Source: Octopus sinensis
Taxonomy: Eukaryota
Direction of reading: 5' to 3'
NCBI RefSeq assembly: GCF_006345805.1
Contig: NC_043005.1
Span: forward strand, 74,276,001 to 74,340,000
DNA: 64,000 bases
Positions 55,431-64,000 of this stretch are shown one piece after another. The position numbers and the translations under genes are program-made. The notes below the pieces were generated by a model. That model worked only from the letters and a program-made list of their open reading frames with translations, searched no databases and was not told the origin of the DNA. The stretch's first letter is position 1. Every line of letters starts with the position of its first letter.

Positions 55431-55476
55431 GCAGTTCAGTAAACATAACTATAATTAGCTCAGAGCTAACTGTGTG

Positions 55477-55546
<70 letters not shown>

Positions 55547-55845
55547 ATATGTATGTATGTATGTATAATTGTATCGACATTAATAAATTGATTTCACTTA
55601 TCCTATTTAAGTAGTGTGTAAAGAGTACATCGCAGAGGGTAGCAATACTATTTCTGTGCGTAAGAGTGTGTAGGAGTTAATGTATAGAAAACTACAGCGA
55701 TATTTCTGTTATAAGTTTATGTAAAATGAACATGTATACGCCTGTATATACATATACATGGATAAGCATGCAAACATACACACGTGTACACTGAAACGCA
55801 AATGATATATACAATTACATACATACATATACGTAATACATACAG

Positions 55846-55889
<44 letters not shown>

Positions 55890-56260
55890 CATACTTACAT
55901 ATGTACATACAAACATGTATTCATATATACATACTTTCATAGATACATATGTATGTATGCATCTATATATGTATGTATATAATATGTATGTATGTATAAT
56001 ATATATATATATTATATATATATATATATATAATCTACTAATAAGGGTGAGAAAATTGGATACTAATATAATAGTAATCCATTAACTAGCGTGCTAACTT
56101 TCATCGGAAACAATTCTTTGTGGCTGAAACATAGCGGATCTATTTAGTGCTAGAGTAGACAAATGGTGGGTTACTCTCTCATATTTATTATATATATAGT
56201 ATCTATATATAATTATATATATACTATATATATTATATATATATATATATATAAATAGAC

Positions 56261-56345
<85 letters not shown>

Positions 56346-56706
56346 TATATATATATATATATATTTACGCATTTAAACCACACAAACTGTATACAAAAGC
56401 GATGAAATTAAGATGTTAAAACACTTTGTCATTGTTGATTAATCAAGGTTATTTTTTCGACCGTTTCTGGCGGGGAAAATTTCTAGTTATTATTTAAACT
56501 GTAGGCGTATTGGCTCAATTCGTCCCTCGTGTTTTTGTCCAGGCGCCTCCAGTCGGATTACATTATCGCAGTCTGTGCTAATCCGACTCCTCCTGACCCA
56601 CGTACTAATCCATCTCCTTATGTGCAAATCTGTATGATCGTCTTTGCGTATGAAAGTAGTTTGCGGTTTACGAGTATAAATATGAAATCTGACGAAGAGA
56701 TAAACA

Positions 56707-57279
56707 TAGGATAAACAAGGACAGACAAAGGGATTAAGTCGATTACATCGACTCCAGTGCGTAACTGGTACTTATTTAATCGACCCCGAAAGGATGAAAG
56801 GCAAAGTCGACCTCGGCGGAATTTGAACTCAGAACGTAGCGGCAGACGAAATACTTATTTCTTTACTACCCACAAGAGGGTGGGTTGAATAAAGACAGAG
56901 AGGAAAAACAAGAACAGGCAAACGGATTAAGTCGATTATATCGACCCCAGTGCGTAACTGGTACGTTATCTATCGACCCCGAAAGGATGACAGGCAAAGT
57001 CGACATCGGCGGAATTTGAACTCAGAACGTTGCGGCAGACGAAATACCTATTTCTTTACTACCCACAAGGGGCTAAACACAGAGGGGACAAACAAGGACA
57101 GACAAACGGATTAAGTCGATCATATCGACCCCAGTGCGTAACTGTACTTATTTAATCGACCCCGAAAGATGCGAGGCAAAGTCGACCTCGGCGGAATTTG
57201 AACTCAGAACGCAAAGACAGACGAAATACCGCTAGGCATCTCGTCCGGCTTGCTAACATTCCTGCCAGCTCGCTGCCTT
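56707..57279 (-). mobile_element. SINE B head-to-tail trimer
   Basis: One head at the right; junctions at 57047-57048 and 56854-56855 both join tail aaagaaata to internal (g/a)gtatttcgtctgcc. Confidence 0.85.
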
Positions 57280-57584
57280 ATCTCAAGTAATTAATATGCG
57301 AGCATAAAATGATAAGAGTACATTTACAACGAAGATTGGCAATCTTATGTTAATTGAAATAGGTATGCAAATAAATCGGTAAATTAATGCCCTAATGAAT
57401 TAATGAACACTTCAAGAAATCGAAAAGGAAATACATTGTGAAATAAATAAGAGAATAATTTGATACGTAAATAGAAATCCAAACGGATTTGTGTTTGTGA
57501 CTTTGGCATATAACAAAATGTTGAAAGAGAAAAAAATGCAAAATGCCGGCAAGAATGCTTTTCTGAACACAGTATTGCTGTTGA

Positions 57585-57969
57585 GGCACAATGGCCCAGT
57601 AGTTAGGGCAGCGGACACACGGTCATAGGATCGCGGTTTCGATTCCCAGACCGGGCGTTGTGAGTGTTTATTGAGCGAAAACACCTAAAAGCTCCACGAG
57701 GCTCCGGCAGGGGATGGTGGTGATCCCTGCTGTACTCTTTCACCACAACTTTCTCTCACTCTTACTTCCTGTTTCTGTTGTACCTGTATTTCAAGGGGCC
57801 GGCCTTGTCACTCTCTGTGTCACGCTGAATATCCCCGAGAACTACGTTAAGGGTGCACGTGTCTGTGGAGTGCTCAGCCACTTACAGGTTAATTTCACGA
57901 GCAGGCTGTTCCGTTGATTCGGATCAACCGGAACCCTCGTCGTCGTAACCGACGGAGTGCTTCCATTCC
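57585..57969 (+). mobile_element. SINE family C, full length, 11-bp TSD
   Basis: Highly similar to 32190-32579. TSD attgctgttga at 57574-57584 and 57970-57980. Partial minus copy at ~59590-59768; variant at ~35529-35770. Confidence 0.9.
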
Positions 57970-58134
57970 ATTGCTGTTGATTAGTTTCTGCACGGTCATA
58001 ACTGAGAAGACCTACGATAACAATTATTCTAAGTGTGACTATACCGTCTTTGTATTGGCGTAACTTCGGTATATGTACCGGTGTAAGTACCGGAAGTACC
58101 GGATACATTTCAAGAAAGTGTTTTTTTATATATG

Positions 58135-58217
58135 AGGGTTAGGGTTAGGGTTAGGGTTAGGGTTTGTGTTAGGGTTAAAGTTTGTGTTATGGTTAGGGTT
58201 TGTGTTAGGGTTAGGGG
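58135..58217 (+). repeat. Interstitial telomere-like (TTAGGG)n with TTTGTG/TTAAAG variants
   Basis: agggttagggttagggttagggttagggtttgtgttaggg... Confidence 0.85.
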
Positions 58218-58279
58218 TGGGAGAAAAGGGTTTCTGTTATCTTCAGAAATGTAAACAAAGTCACGTGTGTACCTATACC

Positions 58280-58512
58280 TATTTCTTTATTGCCCACAAG
58301 GGGCTAAAGACAGAGGGGACAAACAAGGACAGACATAGGTATTAAGTCGATTACATCGACCCCAGTGCGTAACTGGTACTTAATTTATCGACCCCGAAAG
58401 GATGAAAGGCAAAGTCGACCTCGGCGGAATTTGAACTCAGAACGTAGCGACAGACGAAATACGGCTACGCATTTCGCCCGGCGTGCTAACGTTTCTGCCA
58501 GCTCGCCGCCTA
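58280..58512 (-). mobile_element. SINE family B, full length, 15-bp TSD
   Basis: TSD gtgtgtacctatacc at 58265-58279 and 58513-58527. Older B-like relics also lie near 2330-2580, 10725-11750, 23880-24080, 29230-29440, 38680-38820, 43110-43310 and 45010-45840. Confidence 0.9.
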
Positions 58513-58913
58513 GTGTGTACCTATACCGAAGCATAAATGTTTTTATATAGTAGATCTTTCTGGTTATCTATTATACAGTGAGGTATGATATACAGGGGAC
58601 TTGTCTGTTAAATTTAGCTGGATCAGTACCTGTGATGAAAGTTATGGTTTATTCTCGTTGGCATGGCTGGCGTCGTAAATGGACGCTTTTAAAATTTATC
58701 GGTGTCGTTTTTTGCCATTGTTGCCGATGTTGATTAATAACGAGTCGCAAAGGGAAAGGTAAATATGTTGGTATCCATTTTTTTTTATTTTCGCGCCCTT
58801 CACTATCTTATTTGTTTGCACGGCACACTCGATAGAACATCTGACAAAACGCCGTACATTCGCTACTGTTTACGTTATGCGTTCAACATTAGATTTCTGC
58901 GACCGATAAAATA

Positions 58914-59465
58914 CAGGGTCAGGCAAAATGATCTGACACATTTGTAGGTTAAATAAAAGGCAAATGAAGTAAAGAAACAAAAAGTGTTTTTACTTTTGAA
59001 AAGTACATATAATGCTATTTTGTTTCATTATGTTTTAAAAATTAAATCAGTCAAATGGGATCCATTATTGTCCACACACTGTCGAAGGCGTTCACGAAAG
59101 TTGTCAATAACTCGGCGGGTCATTTCATGTGGAATGGCAGTAATTTCTTGACGAATTGCATCTTTAAGTTGTTCAATAGATCGAGGGCGATCTATTTTCG
59201 TTTCAATGCAGATCCAGTAGCTCTGAAGTTGGTAACACATAACAAGATCGTGTTTCGAGCTGGTACGGGATCATGTCTACCAAGATTGAAGTGTAAACGG
59301 AACGCTCTTTGTGTTGCAGTTACAGAATCGTTTGTTTTGATAAACGTTTCCACAATGAAAGCGCGATGCTCACCAGTCCAATTCATGGCAGCAACTGAAA
59401 AAGAAACGAAAAGCAATGCCTTTTATTTAACCTACAAATGTGTCAGATCATTTTGCCTGACCCTG
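58914..59465 (-). mobile_element. Internally deleted Tc1/mariner element with perfect 49-bp TIRs and TA TSD
   Basis: CAGGGTCAGGCAAAATGATCTGACACATTTGTAGGTTAAATAAAAGGCA (58914-58962) is exactly inverted at 59417-59465; TA both sides. N-terminal HTH (MNWTGEHRAFIVETF..TGSALK, DUF4817-like) is joined out of frame near 59195 to the C-terminus (IDRPRSIEQLKDAI..GSHL). Confidence 0.95.
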
Positions 59466-60276
59466 TATAATACCAGTCCAGTAATCGACGAACCTTGGGT
59501 ACAGAGGATTCGCAATCTAGATTAGGTTCTGAAAGTTTACCACATCATAGTGGGTTACACCATGGTTTCTCTGCTTTGTGGAAGAAGTAGGAAGAAAGAG
59601 TGAGAGGAAGTTGTGGTGAAAGAGTACAGCGGGGTTCACCACTACTCCCCGCCGGAGCCTCAGTGTTTTTTGCTCAATAAAAACTCATAATGACTGGTCT
59701 GGGAATCGAAACCGCGTTCTTACGACCGTGAGTCCGGTACCCCAACCACTAGGCCATTGCGCCTCCACTCGTTGTTGTTGCCGTCGTCCTCATTGTCACA
59801 ACAGCAATTATCATCAGTGCAACTAACACTCCTCACCGCCCCCAACATTATCATCTTTCTCCTTCATTCCCACCTACACTCCTTCTTCATCTCCTAATTA
59901 TCGCTATCATCATCTACTTGACATTTTCGTTAAATGTATCAAACATCAGGCATTAAAAGCTAGAAACTTCTACATTATATCCCGATATCAAAACTTCACG
60001 CAAAACACAATCTCAAAATAGAGAACAAAAAAGAAAATAAATGACAAAAGTAAAAACAAAAAAAAAAAGACCGAAAGAGTCAAAATATTTTTAATGAAAA
60101 TTCACTTAGAATATGCACGTTAATCCCCAATTGCAATTTATATGTACGATTTATGATTCGTGCAAACACTAACGTACGAGCAGATATTTCACGTATGGTT
60201 TACGTAAGCAGACACCTACTTACCTTGCATGACTTCTTCCATATATACATATACATGTGTGTCTATGTGTGTGTAA

Positions 60277-60307
<31 letters not shown>

Positions 60308-60394
60308 ACTTCTTCAATATATGTATATGTCTGTATACGTTTGTGTGTGTATGTGTGTGTCTGCGTATGTGTGAATATATATATATATTATATA

Positions 60395-61117
60395 CTAGCA
60401 TTAAAGACCCGTCGTTGCCGGGTCATAGTGGTAGTGCATGTATGTATGTGTATATATATGTGTACATATTACATGTAAATCTATATATATACATCTACAC
60501 ATAAAATGCGAAATACATTGTTATATCTTGATATCGCTAGTGATAACAATACTCAAAATATATAACAGACTGTAATTGTTAGCTCTTCTTTTTTCTCTAC
60601 ATTGTATACTTTATAGACAATAGTATTTTCTTTAATTTAATTTTTTATTATCCATCTGGACTATTCCATTTCTGCACGCTAATTTTATTTTTAATTTATT
60701 CCCATTCATGTGAAACCATTTATTCAAGTACAAATCATTGATGCAATTTTATACCAATTGCTATTTTTGCTTTTGTTATGTTACGATTATATTATACTTT
60801 AGTTTGGTTTTAATTTTACTTACTACATATAATTCAATTGTTATTATTATTTTTATTGTTAAAGTGAAAGCATCTGACATAAAATAGAGAAATATTTTTG
60901 TTTCACTTATAACACGTACTACTGAAATAGTGAAGAAGATATCATATTGCTATGGGCTCGCTCTAAGCAAGAAGTTGAACTTTGCCCATGACACTCCCCG
61001 GACCCTGAGTAAGGCATGTGTAAAATTTGAATGAAATTGGTTGTGTAGTTCTCAAGTTTTAGGGAAACATACAGACAGACAGACAGACACACGTTCTCAG
61101 TTTTATATATATAAAGA
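60395..61117 (-). mobile_element. Non-autonomous Helitron (second family)
   Basis: Left end CTAG plus hairpin GACCCG-tcgttgc-CGGGTC (60406-60424); right end reads TCTTTATATATATAAAA..(TGTC)n on the minus strand. A^T insertion. Confidence 0.75.
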
Positions 61118-61240
61118 TTTGTATATATAGAATATATGGATAGAGAGAGACAGAAATAAGTACATTTAACGCCCCCACAAGTACACAGACGCTGCGCGCA
61201 TGCATAAACGTACATATTTATGTTTATGTATGTATGTACA

Positions 61241-61623
61241 CTCTTTTACTCTTTTACTTGTTTCAGTCATTTCACTGTGACCATGCTGGAGAACCGCCTT
61301 TAGTCGAGCAAAGCACTTATTCTATCGGGCTCTTTTGCCAAACCGCTAGCTTACGGGGACGTAAACACACCAGCATCGGTTGTCAAGCGACGTCGGGGGG
61401 ACAAACACAGAAACACAAACATATACACACAAATGTGTATATATATATATATATATATACATATATACGACGGGCTTCTTTCAGTTTCCGCCTACCAAAT
61501 CTACTTACAAGGTTTTGGTCGACCCGAGGTTATAGTAGAAGACACTTACCCAAGGTGCCACACAGTGGGACTGAATCCGGGAACATGTGGTTGGTAAGCA
61601 AGCTACTTACCACACAGCCACTC
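61241..61623 (-). mobile_element. SINE family A, near full length
   Basis: Both arms; internal deletion in the right arm. Confidence 0.8.
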
Positions 61624-61670
61624 ATATATATATATATATATATGCATACATACACATACAGGCACGCATG

Positions 61671-61719
<49 letters not shown>

Positions 61720-62614
61720 TATATATATATACATATACACACACACAAGCACGCGAAAAACTGCGTTACAATTCAATAATAATAATAATAAAAATGAACT
61801 ATTCAAGTGTGTATTTTAGATTTCTGAGTTGTTCTTGAATTACTTATTACCGCTTATATCGTACATCACCTGACATGCAAACATTACTTAGCAGTGTAAC
61901 TATTATGTTGAACACGTTCGTAATGACAGTCTTAGAACTTAGACGAAACGTACAGAATTAGCCATCAATTTGTAGCGATCAATTCGCATAATGCGTAGGA
62001 GAGAAACGATTTGGATTTGATTGGGATTGTAAAATCTCTAACGGTAAACTGGTATTTTATAAAACATCATATTATGACAGGACGTAGATAAAGATTAACG
62101 AGTATGTGGGTGTTACTGTTTGTTTGGTTGGTTAGTTGTTTGACTATTTTGTAGTTGTTTTCCTTTTATTTTCGTGTTCTGTTTTTTTTTTTAATAAAAT
62201 CACTGGTTCTAGGTATTTGCAACTAAGTAAAAGAAAAAAAAACAAAAAAGAAAAACAAAAAGCAATAAACAACAATGATAATTATGAACAACTGTCGTTA
62301 ACCAGCGTGTGTTTGGGCACACACACACATACATATACACACACACACGCAATACACTCAAACACACACAAACACACACTAACACACACTCAAATACACG
62401 CGCACACTCACACGCGCGCGTACACATATTTTGAATGTAGCATGTTGCATTTGAAGGACTGAAACAATTTTATCTATCTAGCTAGCTATATATGTACACA
62501 CACACACACACACACACACACCACACACACACACATACATACATACATACATACATACATACATACATACATACATACTTTTATTAAAGCAAAACAAATC
62601 TTTGCAACCATATA

Positions 62615-63042
62615 TTCTTTTATTCATTTATTTGTTTCAGTCATTTGACTGCGGCCATGCTGGAGCACTGCCTTTAGTCGAGCAAATTGACCCCAGGATT
62701 TATTCTTTGTAAGCCTAGTACTTATTCTATCGGCCTATCTTGCCGAACCGCTATGTGATGGGGACATAAACAAACCAGCATCGGTTGTCAAGCGATGTTG
62801 GGGGTCAAACAGATACACAAACAAATACACACATACACACACACGCACACACACACACACACACACAGATATATATATATATATATATATGACGGGCTTC
62901 TTTCAGTTTCCGTCTACGAAATCCACTCACAAGGCTTTGGTCGGCCCGAGGCTATAGTAGAAGACACTTGCCCAAGGTGCCACTGAACCCGGAACTATGT
63001 GGTTGGTAAGCAAGCTACTTACCACACAGCCACTCCTGCGCC
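62615..63042 (-). mobile_element. SINE family A, full length
   Basis: Both arms, reverse orientation. Half copies also at 6885-7045 (+), ~38945-39231 (-), 45121-45279 (-), ~47655-47720 (+) and ~47927-48020 (-). Confidence 0.85.
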
Positions 63043-63217
63043 TATACACACACACACACACCACACACACACACATATATATATATATATACATATGCGT
63101 ACGTAAGTGTGTGCATACACACACGCACGCACACACGCATACACACACATACACATGTGTATATATATATATGTATATATATATAATATATATATATAAT
63201 ATATATATATATATAAT

Positions 63218-63250
<33 letters not shown>

Positions 63251-63576
63251 CTAACTGAAACTCCCCGATTTCCAGTATTCCGAATATGCTCGTTGGTTTC
63301 CGATCTGGTAAACCATGCCTGATTTCCTTTTGAATATCCACCGTCCGAATATGTTTTTCAGATATGAAAGGAAAGCTTCAAAGAAACGTTTATCTTTATG
63401 TTCTTTCGTTTAAAAACCCTTGATTAAACTGAGAAGCAGTCTGATAATGAGAGACCCACCGATTAAGTTCAGACACAATTTGTAGTTCTTGAATGCCCTT
63501 TTTAATCAAAATATGACTTGAAGTGTTTTGCTCATTTTTTTTTGTGCATTTTGTTTTGTATTTTCCTCGATAACAG

Positions 63577-63738
63577 TTTTCAGAAGACCAATATTCACAG
63601 AACCTCGTCATCCCGATTGAGGGAAATCTGCAAGAGAAATATTTCCCGAGCGAAACAGGTCAAACCATTTTTGGCGAGTCCTGCTACTTAAAGCTTCATT
63701 GCCGTAGACAGAATGAATACTTCTTGCCGTTTCCATAG
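63577..63738 (+). CDS. Possible 3'-terminal coding exon (FSEDQYSQNLVIPIEGNLQEKYFPSETGQTIFGESCYLKLHCRRQNEYFLPFP*)
   Basis: Long U-rich acceptor ending ataacAG (63575-63576), in-frame stop just upstream, 53 codons to TAG, AATAAA at 63839-63844. Phase 0 is compatible with the exon ending at 5220. Confidence 0.25.
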   Translation, partial: FSEDQYSQNLVIPIEGNLQEKYFPSETGQTIFGESCYLKLHCRRQNEYFLPFP

Positions 63739-64000
63739 CCAACGAACTTCCTTTGAGTTTACACAGCATGTAATATCTGATCTAAATTCCTTTTAAAAGG
63801 GTAAAATCTATACGAATTCAACTATTATAGTATAAAGAAATAAAAAAAAACATTGGAATGTGAAAACTAATGCTTATTTTACCGTAAGCACTAAAAACGT
63901 TCTCTGAACGTGATATTGTCAAAATGCGATGTGCTTGTGTGTGTGTGTGTTGTGTGTGTGTGTGTGTGTGTGTGCGTGTGTGTGTGTGTGTGTAACGAAA

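Larger units (their letters stand above)
58064..58531. mobile_element. Small subterminal-IR element with TTAGGG core (MITE/HINE-like), interrupted by a SINE B copy
   Basis: 15-bp inverted repeats cttcggtatatgtac (58064-58078) / gtacctataccgaag (58517-58531), three GTACCGG units, and a telomere-like tract at 58135-58217. Confidence 0.5.

Noticed and set aside
56707-57279. CRISPR-like or satellite array
   Set aside because: Units are ~190-bp SINE bodies without unique spacers; eukaryotic context, no cas genes.
58135-58217. Chromosome end or fusion site
   Set aside because: Short, degenerate, single orientation, and enclosed by inverted repeats.
59055-59525. 156-aa + strand ORF
   Set aside because: Antisense shadow of the deleted mariner transposase.

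Overview
AT-rich, repeat-saturated eukaryotic DNA. The SINE and Penelope repertoire and the microsatellite density point to a coleoid cephalopod, most likely Octopus (inference). No complete protein-coding gene, rRNA, real tRNA gene or CRISPR array is visible, and almost all ORFs in the track are translations of microsatellites. The window contains (i) about 14 copies of a bipartite tRNA-headed SINE with an internal microsatellite (here family A); (ii) a second tRNA-headed SINE (family B) with clear TSDs that forms head-to-tail dimers and trimers at a fixed internal junction; (iii) further SINEs that swap heads and tails (families C/D/E); (iv) several Penelope-like (PLE) terminal-repeat fragments carrying minimal type I hammerhead-ribozyme motifs and fold-back 5' ends; (v) four non-autonomous Helitrons; (vi) a young internally deleted Tc1/mariner with perfect 49-bp TIRs, plus an old mariner relic; (vii) CR1-type, RTE-type and older LINE relics; (viii) a small subterminal-IR element with a TTAGGG core; (ix) several long fold-back hairpins and local duplications. 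Weak evidence suggests a + strand spliced gene with phase-compatible exons at about 29-299 and 5094-5220, and possibly a terminal exon at 63577-63738. Family letters are my labels; matching them to the published OK/OR1/OR2/Twin SINEs needs a database search. The strongest leads are the hammerhead-bearing PLE repeats and the apparent GGTAT target preference and self-insertion of SINE B.
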